The notes under the pieces are model-generated. The model was not told the DNA's origin. It searched no databases and saw only the letters and a list, made by a program, of their open reading frames with translations. 64,000 nt of DNA, from positions 1 to 64,000 of the forward strand of contig AP026162.1 in the NCBI GenBank assembly GCA_030295235.1, given 5' to 3'. How positions within the stretch are numbered: the first letter of the stretch is position 1; every line of letters starts with the position of its first letter. Of the stretch, positions 37,520 to 49,069 are shown piece by piece. This stretch comes from Fistulifera solaris (Eukaryota). A program made the position numbers and the translations under genes.

Positions 37520-38622
37520 TTAAATGATCTCTTGTGGCCGTAAAGGTGTACCGTACTCATTCTTCCGGTCCTGGTGATCGTAGTCGTCCTCGTCATCATC
37601 ATCGTCGTCGTCGTCCTTTTTCAAAAGAGCATCTGGCTCCTCGTCCCCGAACAGAGACTGCTGCTTCTTTGATTTCGCCTGATTGTTCTGATTGCTATTG
37701 TTAGTATTCTTGTTATTATCATCGTCGTCGTCACCACCAAAGCTTCGTGTTTCCGATTCATCCTCATCGTCGTGGCTATCTTTCGACGACAACGACTCGT
37801 CGTCTTCTGGATCATATTCATCATCCGAGTCCCTTCCGAAAACAGTAATAAACGGTTGGCATTGATATCGATCAAAGATGTAAGCCAAACATAAGGCAGC
37901 CATGAGATCATTTCCAGGCCCGACTTTCACCACATTCTTCCATTGATCAATATGAATAGTGGTTCGCCCGGATGTCGCTCGCTTGAACTTCGCAGCCCAT
38001 TTGCCGAAACGTACCGCATTCGTGCAACAGACTACCATGAATCCCATCCATGGGTTCTCCGCCATCATCCTCGGCGGGCCAGTCTTCATATCATTATTAA
38101 ACAAGCGGTAGAAAAAACGTCCTTTCATGGCTGTGACTTGTACGTACGAAAAAGGATACACTTTCTTGTTGTCGACATCGCGGTCTGTCAATGGTGGCTG
38201 ATCGGGCCAGTTGGGTTTATAGGTACAAATGTAATATCCATCTTTCCAAAATTCTTTCATCAGATGCCGTTTGATACATACCAGCCGCCGCCCTTCCAGA
38301 TCACCAAAGACAGCTTCATAAGACCTCATTTCGTTGGTTTGATCCAGCAGAACAAACATTTCATTCCCATCATAATCTGTAATGACTGTATCGGGACGCC
38401 AGGCTCCATTCGGAATTCGAAGGGTTACCGATTCAGCTGTCGGAGGAAAACCACAGAGAGTTCGCCACGGCTATTGACGGACGATACAAGAGTAATGAAA
38501 GATGAGGGTTGTTATAGCATAGACGGCAAAGAATGAGACGTTTATGAACCATGTCGTGAGAAGCCGAAGTCAGAATAGAGCGAGAAGCGACTTATCGCGT
38601 TAAAAACAATTCTATTTACCAT
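37520..38622 (-). CDS. Tubby C-terminal/LURP-one-like protein with acidic tail
   Basis: The ORF extends upstream as PWRTLCG...VITDYDGNEMFV...DLEGRRLVCIKR and ends VKVGPGNDLMAALCLAYIFD. Probable ATG-only first exon with intron 38471-38619. Family call is from pattern only. Confidence 0.6.
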
Positions 38623-39652
38623 ATTAGAGTTCTTTCTCAGAGAAATATAATCCCCTTATTCAGTCGTCTGGTCAATAGAAAGCAGATTGAGCTTGACTAC
38701 GTCTTTTGGCTTGTTTCGGCTCGTTTTTGGTTCACAACGATCACTTGACTCCCTCACCATGGTGAAAGTCGTTTTGACTTCGAACAGTCTTTTTTCCCCA
38801 AAGTCGGAATCCTGCTTCTACACATTGGTCTAGAGTCTGATAAAGGAGGGTCATTTTAAAATCAGCACCGATGTGACATACACGGTATAAGGCATATTGT
38901 GACACCTTATGACATATGACTCATGAATGGAAGTCAGTCTTGGTGAAGACGTACAACAGGGAGACACGGGAACGCACCTCTGCTTGGTACATTTTTCTAC
39001 GTGAGTGTCTTTTCCCGAACCTTCCAAGTTCAGGGCTATAGGCTATAGTAAATACGAAGATGTCAACGATGATGCGTGTCACGTGTCGCATGTTGCAACT
39101 GTACCTGGTATTATTTTTTGTCGTCATTTTTCAAACTCTGAAGCTCGACTGGAAATATTGTATTGTATGGTGAGAAACACATTAACGAACCATTTAGACA
39201 AGATGTTTGCAGTTCGAAACGAAATCGCTGACGAAGGACGAATCGTCGTTCGTTCGTAACGTGAGAACTGCCGAGGACGACTCGTCACATCCCAACAATA
39301 TCAACCAAAGTAACCCATGACAGGAGAACAAAGTTGAGATTGAGCATGCACGCTTTGCGATCATCTTCTCGTTTCTCTATTTTTAGCTTTTCTCGAGTTG
39401 ATATTGGGCGCCACTCATCAATATACAATCTTCAAGATGAACTGACAATATTGATGTCAAAAGCACACAATACATCCTTTTGCGTACAAGTAGAGGTCAT
39501 TGACAAGCCCCTCTCTAGAAAAACAATAAACGAGATATTTTCTATTTGAATGAAACTAAATCCCCAGAGAAAAATGTTTTGATATGTTTTAAAAGAACGG
39601 GCAACTGCTGTAAAAGCAACCGCTGTACTGCTCACTTCATTCGATCATGAGC

Positions 39653-40966
39653 TTAATGGTCGGCGAACCGCAAGCCGCCATTCTCATGCTCCGTAACTCC
39701 CAAGGCTTTGACACCGTCGGACCAGTATTTCTTACCACTTCCCGAAGTCGAACTTCGCGACGACTCGTGGGCCAGCTGAATCATCTTTTCTTTCAAGTCT
39801 TCGGGAATACGCGGACACGTGCGGCAAAAGTGATTCGAACCCATATTCTGCCCCGCTTGATACAAATTCTCCAAACGAACGGGAAAGTAGACGGCGCCAC
39901 GGGATCGAGCCGCACGTACGACATCTTGACAGAAACGACAACGGATTCCGACTTGTCCGACGACTACTTGGCGTTTGCGACCTTGGTCGTGGGGGCGGGT
40001 GTCATCAGGAGTAGCCTCGAATAACTCAATCTGTTCACGCAACAAAACCTGATACTCCGACAAGACCATGGAGTCACTTGGGAGTGCTAGAGGCATGCTG
40101 CGCGACGATGCAGGTAGGGCCGTCTCGGAAAGACTTGATACAGAGGATGATGCACGTTGAGCCACCATTCGATTGGGAGGAAGACCCAGTTGAGATGTCG
40201 TTGGATCGACGTCCGAGACAGTTACCGCAGGCACTGAGGTGGTAGCATTAGACCGCAACACCAACGCCAAGGCTTCCTGAAGTAGCTCGGGATTCGAAAG
40301 AAGTCCTTGTAGAGGAGGTGGTGCAGGAGAAGGCGGAGGAGGCGGAGAAGCGGTAGCAGATTGCAGTAGCGGTAACAGTACGAGAAGAGCAGCCTGGGTT
40401 GCTTCGGCGGACATTGGACGGGGAGTAGGCGGAGCTTGGAACACCGGAGGAGCTGTAGGAGCCTGTAAAGCAGCAAGAATTGAGCACAGTTGACTAATGT
40501 TGGTGTTTGAAAGCTGTGGTGCTGCAACAGGTTGCTGTGGTTCTGCAAAAGCCAGGTGAGGCGCGGGGACTGTGGGGGAAATGAGGCTTTGCAACCAATC
40601 AAGCGATGCCCTATCATTGAAAGAATGGGTACTTCCGAGAGGGTTGGTCGATGGTACACTTGCTTGTCGAAGTAGTTCGCCAATTAGTCCGTGTACTGGC
40701 AGCGAAGCAGCTGGAGCCGCTACGGTTGTTGATGTGGTGGGAGGACTTGAAAGCGACGACAAAAGGGGATGATGTAGCGCAGCTGCGGGCCTTGCTGCCG
40801 GTATCGAACTGTTGTTCATTCTTTCTAATACAGATAGCAAAGGAGGATTGTCTCTTTGTGCGACAACTGGTTCAACCAAAGCTGCACGATTGATTTCGCT
40901 CTCGTCCTGAGCAGCACGTCGTCGCTTCTTGTTGCTTTCTTCGCTCGTTTCATTATGTCTTGACAT
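39653..40966 (-). CDS. Uncharacterised protein with Pro/Ser-rich N-terminus and C-terminal GQVGIRC domain, paralog 2
   Basis: Intact 437-aa ORF; NKKRRR near the N-terminus; LSEYQVLLREQIELF...QGRKRQVVVGQVGIRCRFC...GAVYFP...YQAGQNM..HFCRTC. Confidence 0.87.
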   Translation of the reverse strand: MSRHNETSEESNKKRRRAAQDESEINRAALVEPVVAQRDNPPLLSVLERMNNSSIPAARPAAALHHPLLSSLSSPPTTSTTVAAPAASLPVHGLIGELLRQASVPSTNPLGSTHSFNDRASLDWLQSLISPTVPAPHLAFAEPQQPVAAPQLSNTNISQLCSILAALQAPTAPPVFQAPPTPRPMSAEATQAALLVLLPLLQSATASPPPPPSPAPPPLQGLLSNPELLQEALALVLRSNATTSVPAVTVSDVDPTTSQLGLPPNRMVAQRASSSVSSLSETALPASSRSMPLALPSDSMVLSEYQVLLREQIELFEATPDDTRPHDQGRKRQVVVGQVGIRCRFCQDVVRAARSRGAVYFPVRLENLYQAGQNMGSNHFCRTCPRIPEDLKEKMIQLAHESSRSSTSGSGKKYWSDGVKALGVTEHENGGLRFADH

Positions 40967-41927
40967 GAGATGTGTGAATGTGTGATAATAAATCTATTAG
41001 ATTCTGGGAGCATGGGTGAGATACCTTAATTGTAACGACTGTAATCGATTTTCTTTCTTTGTGTTATGCAACAAATACGACGTAACAACTTTTGGGACAA
41101 GGCGCTGTTTTGCTGTTCGTATTTTTCTTTCAACCATGACTTGTCAGACGAAAGTGACGATTGTAAAACGAGATGTTTGCCCGTAGAGAAACCGCACAAA
41201 TTCGTGTTTGTGTTCCTTGCTCATTCAATCGTCATTTTTCCCAGTAGTTCAATCTATGTACAATTGCACGTGACGACTTCACAGCAAATGACTCATCGTT
41301 TGGCTGTAGGATGGTCTGCGTTGCAGTCAGAATCCCCCTCCCCCTTGTACATAAATGAGGCGCAGCTAAGTTGAACAAAAAGTGCGTACCTTTCTTTTCT
41401 GTAGTCTGAAAAACGTGACATCATCGACCGAATTTCTTGTCATAGCCAACCAAACTGATCACAGATGGAAATCGAAACTTCGATAAGTGAAACAGTGTTT
41501 TCACCCGTGATTTGCATCTCATTCATGCTCAGACGTAACGTTTGTCCCCCCTGCCTGTCGCGAACAGTCCACTCCCGTGCGTCACGTAGGTGTGAGTTTG
41601 ATGCTTCCACCTCCTTCTTCACTGCGAAGTGAAAGAGGAGGTTTAGTTCAAATTCTTTGCAATGACGAGTTGGCGTTCTCTGGCTAATGTTGCTAGAAAT
41701 ACCCATCCACCAGCCCTGCCTGGGTTACGACAATTGGGGTAGAATACTCTGAGCTTCCCACCCACCACATTCAATCACTAAGCTCTATGGCTCCATACTT
41801 TGTACACGAGCAAGGCTTTCAGGACAAAGTATTAATCTGAAATGTCTATTAATTACAGAAAGTTACAAAATCACGCACTCATTGCTCGTGTTGGAAGGCC
41901 GTCCCGATCGACCCACGAAAGTTGAAT

Positions 41928-42707
41928 TCACTCCATCGGGAGTCTGTTCCGGAACTTGATGAATATCTCTGTGAAACCGGTGATATTTGGCGTATTGAAA
42001 TGGTTTGGACCGCTGTTCATTTTTATTTTCCTTTTGATTCGCTCAGTTCTCCTGCTGTACATGTCGTGAACGATACGCTCTTGTCTATTCATTCGAGCGC
42101 GTCCCTGTAGGTTAGGATCAAATTCTCCTTCTTGGTAGTCGATTATAACTTTTGGGGGCCCTTGCGGCGTATTTTTAGAGAAAGGATTGATGTTCACGTG
42201 TGTGGTGTCAGCTTTGCCTTTGCTACTACCAGTGACATCGTCGTCTTCATCGTCAACGGACGAGAATGTAAATCCCTTTCCCAACGGTGACTCGTATCTT
42301 AATTCCTTTTCACTTTCTCGAAGCGTTTGTTTCAATGCCTCTCTTTGTAAGCCTTTGCCGTAGTGCATTTCTTGGTGTTCCTCGTGGTTCCAAGTGAATT
42401 TCCAGTCTGGAGGAGGCCGTGGTGCATACACTTTTCGGTAATTAATGTTGCGAAAGTGCGGTCCTTGCGCATTTACATCGCGACGGCGTTTATTGTTTTG
42501 TAAATCTTGTAAAACGAATTCGTACGCTTCATTTAGTTTTTGAAAGTCAGATCGCTTCTCCGGGGAACCACCGTGACGGTCTGGGTGATGTAGCAACGCT
42601 AATCGCTTATAAGCAGCCTTGACTTCGGGCAACGTTGCAGAACGAGAAATTTGCAGAATGGAATAATGATCTTGACCGCCGCGAAATGCACGGCGAAAGG
42701 AAGTCAT
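41928..42707 (-). CDS. J-domain (DnaJ) protein
   Basis: DHYSILQI...EVKAAYKRLALLHHPDRH...FQKLNEAYEFV. Confidence 0.88.
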   Translation of the reverse strand: MTSFRRAFRGGQDHYSILQISRSATLPEVKAAYKRLALLHHPDRHGGSPEKRSDFQKLNEAYEFVLQDLQNNKRRRDVNAQGPHFRNINYRKVYAPRPPPDWKFTWNHEEHQEMHYGKGLQREALKQTLRESEKELRYESPLGKGFTFSSVDDEDDDVTGSSKGKADTTHVNINPFSKNTPQGPPKVIIDYQEGEFDPNLQGRARMNRQERIVHDMYSRRTERIKRKIKMNSGPNHFNTPNITGFTEIFIKFRNRLPME

Positions 42708-43176
42708 TTTCTGTTATTTCCTTCCTCTTGAAGCAAATCTAGGTAACTCGATAGTTTGTGAGCGGGTGGAGAAGAAGTGTGAAGTAATGGTAACAAAGGA
42801 AACAGCTCAAGCGTATTTACATAAAATGCCGCGTGCACCGCCATGGTCGCACGATAAGGCCATACGCCGCAACGAAACACGCGTGTTTCGTCGTGTACCG
42901 GAGCGATAGCTTGTATCCGTTTTTGAGTAGATTACTTTTTTCTTTACTACAATGATTAACGCCTCTCTCGACTGTAAAGAGTTTTTGATCATGGAAAATC
43001 GAATTCTTTCTTTGATGCTTCGCAAGCCAGAAGATAAACACGACCAAGAAATAGATGCATTCCAACTAAGGAGTCCAGTAAAGAATAGGCCGGCTCCTTC
43101 CTCGTCCGAAAATGCACGTAAGGGAACCGATCCTCACCAAAAGATTTTTAGTTGCGGTGTTTAATCTTTCTCAGTA

Positions 43177-44258
43177 CTAAACATCTTTGATTGATTCCTC
43201 TCGCAGTTTACGGAGCAAATATTCGTAACGTTGCTTTCGATCAGCATCAATGATTTCAAGGGTTTCTAAGCATTGTTGGCGTTCTTCTCGCGTACTGCGA
43301 TCGGGAAAAGCATCGAGCAGCAAATACAATCCCAGTGGCACCCATTTGCTCTCGGGAGCCTCTGGGAGTAGTTCACGCAAAGGCTCAATCGCTTGAGTTT
43401 GAATCAAATCCGGATAAAAGGCTTGGTCGCGAGGTCCGTTCTGCAGCAAATATTGCGCATACCACCATGCCGTTTGATCATCCGGCTCAGTAAAGACTGC
43501 ATTCAAAATCATCGACCATTCTTCTGTCAACAGATTTTCAACATCAGGGGTTGTTTCTAATTTCCATGGAAATAACCTAGTTCGATAGTGAATTGCGGAG
43601 TAATTTGAGAAATTTTCCTGTATCTTTTGTTGGGTGAAGTCCCATTCGGCTTGTAATATTTCGTGACGGCGCTCTGTTGTAACTGGAGCACGGACGTGTT
43701 TGTGTGTTACGACGATTTGACTTGCATCGAAGGCCTCGGTATTGTCATTTGTATCATCCGAATGATCTCCGAGCAGTAGCGAAACAATGAATCGACGATA
43801 ATTCCATCCGTGAAAGTTGCGTTCGTCTTTTGTAGAAACATTTGAATGAGCTGCAGTTCATTTTCCAGCAAAGCAGTATCGTCTGTAGAGGACGAAAGCA
43901 AAAGCGACGACGATAAGGCCCACTTGCGATGCAACCAAGCTCCGTACGCTTTCGGATTGTTCTCTAAAGCGGCTTGCGTGAAACCCAATTCATCACTCAA
44001 CATAGTTGGCTTGTTATCGTTTTCTCCCTCGTTCTGTATAGACATCAAAACACGGCGTCGAATATTCCACAAATATAAAGGATCCGGATTCACCAATAAC
44101 ATCTTTTCAGTCAAAGCAAGCTGTCGTTGCGGCGGACTGTCTTCGGCAAGTACTTCACGGACCAAAGTATGCCATTGCTGCGCTTTCGCGGCTAGTTTCG
44201 ACACGACAGCCGGATCACGTTGCAGTGCTTTGTATTGTTCGCGTTTACGACCGTGCAT
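43177..44258 (-). CDS. RABGGTA: Rab geranylgeranyltransferase alpha subunit
   Basis: MHGRKR start; PPTA repeats VNPD..LWNIRR, NPKAYGAWLHRKW, DERNFHGWNYRR (after frameshift near 43829), ENFSNYSAIHYR, FTEPDDQTAWWY. Confidence 0.92.
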
Positions 44259-44599
44259 GACGAAGAACTAAAGTAGTTATATAATGCGAAAGACGGGGGG
44301 AGTCAATCTCGTTGAATAAGAAGTGAACAAAAACTGCAGGCGAGGCATAGGGCCTATGGGCGAGGAGACGAGAGCGACGTGCAGCAGATTTCAAGTCGCA
44401 CCGGGCCTCATTTAGGAAGCAGTAAAGTGTACTCGGGGGTATTTACGAATTTTTTAGCTCAAGACTTAACGTGTAATCAGTCCCGGGAAGTACTATACTA
44501 TATATTATTTTATTTCATAAAAAAATACAGTGACGTCCGCGTGATCCATAGAGCAGGAAGTCTGAAAATGAAAATAAGCCTAAATAATTGCTGATCTGT

Positions 44600-47522
44600 T
44601 TATGCATCGTCCCAATCCGGAGGTGCTACACCTGGCGATGTGGCTCCGTGCGAATAAGTGGAGGAGCCGTATCGATCCGAATTCGAGTTAGGATAATGGT
44701 GGCTTGGTGGACCATCATGCTGTCCATGATAGTTATATTGCTGAGATGGGTACGACTGTCCATCGTAGCGATGCTGGGGTGGATACGATTGTCCCCGAGC
44801 TTGATTATAATAGGGCGGGGGTGACTGTGATGGTCTTCCATAGGGCTGATGCGCCGGTGAATGATTTTGCCCCTGAGAGTTTGGATCAAACTGTCGTTGA
44901 GGAGGGTAGTTTTGCCCTTGAAAATACTGAGGACTAGGTTGCGGCTGTGGAGAATAATGTGGCCCGCGGTACGGTTGCTCATGTCGTTCTGGCGAATAGG
45001 GGGCTTTTCAAAATGGTGGGGTTCGGGCGGATAAAACGGTCCTCGGTAAGGTTGTGGGGGTGAAACATAAGGCTGACCAAAATCATGCTGCGGCGGCGAA
45101 TAGGATGCTCCTCGATAAGATTGCTGCGACTGATCAGGGGACAAGGGCTGTCCATTGTACGATCGCCTTTGCCCGTAGGGTACTCGTACTTCGTATCCAG
45201 ATCGATCGAGATCATTGCTATTTCCCCGATCCCTTGGTGGTGCTGGAGACCCGTGAGGTGATGTGAAAGGGACCCCATGCCGTTGGGGAGACATATAAGG
45301 ATTGGGCATATTCGGAGGTACGAGGGGCGAAATTTGTTTCTCGTATTGGATTTTGGGTGGTTTGTAATGGGAGCGTCTCAGCGGAGGTAATTGGAGTGCT
45401 TGGGAAAATGGAGGTAGATCGGGATAATCGGGAGTGATATTTTCAGGTTTAGGGGGCGAAAAAACGGACCACTGATTGACGGGAATGTCCATCGGATTAT
45501 TGTCGGCGGGTGGCGGGATAAGGACATCAACCGGCCCCGTATAAGCGGGTAAAACTTGCGAAGGATCCTTTATTAAATCTTCGACAGTGAAAAATCCATG
45601 GAAACCTAATCGAATTTGAGTAAAATCGTAATCAGCAAATGGGTTTTCATTTGCTTCGCCATCGTCCCTATTCTCGCCACCACTGTAGTTCTTGTTGTCG
45701 ATTGATGTATCTGTGCCACGCTCGATAACGTCGCTCGTATGTATACCGCCTTTGACGACACTTTCATCAATTGCGTCACCGGCGCCGTTTTCCTGTATTT
45801 CAACATCATCGCTAGTTACTCGAATGTCTTCATTGCCGTCCTCCTGGTCATCGTGATTTTTGTCTTCATCTTCATCATCACTTTGCTCTAGGTCCGGTAC
45901 GTCGGCAATCAAGGTTGCTAAACTACAAGGCGGTACTTCCAATTGATCATCGTCGCCCAGCAAACCACCGGCTTTCGCCAATTCTTGCATTGCTGCTTCC
46001 CCCACCACCATAATAACAACATCACAACCCACTTGTCTAGCCCACCAGACAGCTTGTTGTACAGCTTCCGCCGGACCTGGTCGTTTTGTGGAATCATCCC
46101 GTTTGAGGCCTAAATGTCCTTTACGGGGTGGTGTCATGTAGCGAAACGGATCAATCAAATCAATAAGCGCATTGTTCTTCAGGACCATCGGTTTCAATGA
46201 CCACGGATCTGATAAATCATCTAACCGAAAGTACTGGATATCCAGCACGCGGCGAGGTCTCATTTGCTCCTCCTTTTCCTCTTTGTCCTCCTTTTCTGAC
46301 CGTTCTTCGTCAAGTGTCTTTTCAATATCTTCTTGTTGTTGTTCACCGTCAGTGACTTTATCTATATCGCCCTCTTCGTTGACTGATTTCGTTTCATCCG
46401 GTATTTCTCGTTCCTCTTCCTTCTCTACGCCCTTCTTTTCCAAACGCTTTTCATTTAGTGAACTCTCACTCTCCTCGTCTTGTTGCTCATCATCAGCATC
46501 CACTTTCTCGGAGTCGTCTTCGTCACTGACTTCAATCAGCATTTCTTTGTCGACCGGAACCTTATTCATTTCTTTGACTGATAGTTGTTCTTCGTCTTTC
46601 CACTCTCGAACCCAAGCTTTTATTTTGTACTTGAATTTCTTGACAATAAGACTAAAGGGGCACTTTTGTCTTGCATCATTCCACGGTGAAGCACTGCAAT
46701 GCAACAACCCCGCATCGATGACTGGCTGATCTCCCCACAACGATCAATTTTTGGGTCTTTGGTACAAAGACTGTTGTGAACGACAATGGGAATAGCACAT
46801 GGGGCTTGTAGACATTTCTTGGTCGACAGCTGCCAGCGCAGATTGTTGTATTGGTTGAGATTACTACAACCAATCATATAAGCCGTGCCCGTACATGCTT
46901 TTGTGGGTGCACTAAAGCACGCCATGCGGCGTTCTTCCGCCGTGCTCTGACTAATAGCGGCCATCAGACTGGTGAAAGCTTCCTGTGCAGTGTGATAACC
47001 CTTTTGAGTCATAAACGGATCAATGTATTCCGACAGACGCAAGCGGCGGGGTCGCTCGTCATAATCATCACTAGGTTTTGTGATCGTTTGTGAAGCGTCT
47101 TCATCGACTAGTGGCGGCGCTGGTGACGACGGCTGTTGAATTATCTGATCGGAAATATCTTTATCACGTTCTTGTGCGTCAAGAGTATCTTTTTCTTCTT
47201 CCTTGCCATGATTATCTTGGCTAGCCTGACTGTTTCTGTCGTCGGTTCTCCTAATTACTCCTCCTTCTTCGTCATCGTCCTCGTCACTAACATTGATCAC
47301 CTCTTCGTCTTCCTCATGTTGCTGTTGTTGTTTATGTAGCAAGGACGGAGATTCAATTGCTTTTGGAGTAGAAGGAGAAGGTGATAATAAGGACGGATTG
47401 TTGCCGGAAGGCGAAAGTAAAACGTTGTCGTCGTCCGTCGTGTCGGGAGGAGGTTCATAATCGCCAAAGGCGTCGACTTGCGTTTCTCCGCAACGTAATA
47501 GCAACACAGTGACATACACCAT
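44600..47522 (-). CDS. Large protein with a degenerate histidine-phosphatase (PGAM-like) fold, acidic insertions and a Pro/Tyr/Gln-rich tail
   Basis: LLLRCGET, DPFMTQKG, FSAPTKACTGTA and VIMVVGE line up with RHG, DxxLTxxG, SSPxxRxxxTA and VxHG. Frameshifts near 46735 and 44970. Confidence 0.65.
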
Positions 47523-47677
47523 TGTGCGATCGATTGTGACACTGGATGGAGACTGTTTAATAAGGACGACGCTTTGGAGAAGTGCCAAAGTGCAAGCAAG
47601 ATACCTATGGTGCGAGCAAAAGAGGCGGAGGAGTCATTTTGAAAAAAAAAAAACACCGCGCACACGACACCTACAAA

Positions 47678-47875
47678 AATTTTCTGGTAACGTGAAATCA
47701 CCACTCCCCCATATTTTCTGGTAGAGTAAAAAACCACAATCCCACATTTTCTGGTAGAGCAAAAACATTCGCCCACATTTTCTGGTCTCGTGAATGGAGT
47801 GAAAATACCACTTGCCCACAATTTCCGGTCACGTAAAATCACCACTTCCCCACATTTTCTGGTAACGTGAAATAC
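47678..47875. repeat. Six-copy ~32-bp degenerate tandem repeat, core CCCACATTTTCTGGT
   Basis: TTTTCTGGT five times plus one TTTCCGGT variant, with related intervening sequence; lies between two divergent genes. Confidence 0.85.
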
Positions 47876-48023
47876 AAAAGTAGTCTAATGTCTAATATAC
47901 TACTCCGGAGTAGAGTAATACGTCAGCATAAAACGTGCACTAAAGCAAAACGATGCCAACAATCGGATCAATAAAAACAAGAGGAACGTATAACCATCGC
48001 AGCCATCTTCTTCTTTTCTCAAG

Positions 48024-48946
48024 ATGCGCATCGTTTTCGCCGCAATCTACGTCATCTTAGCCGCGTTTTACGCAGAAGAAAGCGAGGCATGGTCTCCGGC
48101 TTCGCGACGCTCTTGGTTGAATCATGTCATGCGACAAGGAGCCGCTGTGATAGCCACAACAACAGCTACTACAACACCTACTGTACTGCTAAATCCTTCT
48201 GTTGCTTCTGCCGTAGAGGAGAACAATGCACTTGAATTGGTATACTTTGGTGTCGGTTGCTTCTGGCACATTCAGCACGAATTCGCAGTCGCCGAAAGAG
48301 ATTTACTGAAGCGCAACAAATCGCAACTGACTTGTAAGACAGGATATGCCGGAGGAAAACAGGTGGGTGAAGAGGGAAAAGTATGCTACCACAACTTCTT
48401 GCAAGTGGCCGATTATGGACGAATGGGACATGGAGAAGTCGTCGGGCTTGAATTGCCTTCCGATCAAATTGTCAAATTTGCTGAAGTATACTTTTCCTTG
48501 TTTGATCCGAATACGAAAGATCGAGTCGATCCTATGGATCGAGGTGGCGAATACCGTAGCTTAATGGGATTGCCCGGGGGCACATCACATCCATTGTATC
48601 CAGACATTGTGCAAGTGGCGCAATCGGCGGGCTTCACTTTGAAACCAGGCAAAGGCAGTGATCCTGATACATTGCGTCAACAGTTGGTTTACGTGTATGA
48701 TACCAAAGAGTTCCCCTTTACCAGGCCGAAGTCTATCATCAGTTTCATGTAAGTTTGGATACGCTCATAGTTGCTGCAGCACAGGAACTGTTGAAATCGT
48801 CTTCACATTATAATACTTGGCTAACAATCATATGATTGCAGAACGACTTTCAATCGAAGCCCTATGGAAAAGAATACAATGCGATTGCTGACCTCGCTTT
48901 GGAAGACGGTCGTATTAAACCCACGGGATGTCCGGATCGTGTATGA
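48024..48946 (+). CDS. msrA: Peptide methionine sulfoxide reductase A-like protein, plastid (probably thylakoid lumen)
   Basis: YFGVGCFWH, GYAGG, GHGEVV, DRGGEYRS, AEVYHQ (after a base loss near 48716). Intron 48749-48841. Leader: signal peptide ending SEA-W, then SRRSWL and ASA-VEE. Confidence 0.85.
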
Positions 48947-49069
48947 AAACGTGTGAAGCTATAGAATATAATTTCCTCTTTCTAGCCGTTAATCCAGAAA
49001 CGAAACGCAGCGAAAACAAGCTAACTGCGGAACTAGTCACAAACAAAGTTAACCGACTTAAATGTGTCT

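Noticed and set aside
37580..37825. (TCA/TCG)n trinucleotide runs
   Set aside because: Simply encode poly-Asp tracts in the acidic tail of a minus-strand CDS.
47678..47875. CRISPR-like appearance (conserved core with variable intervening sequence)
   Set aside because: The intervening segments are short and related to one another, the period is only about 32 bp, there are no cas genes, and the context is a eukaryotic chromosome.
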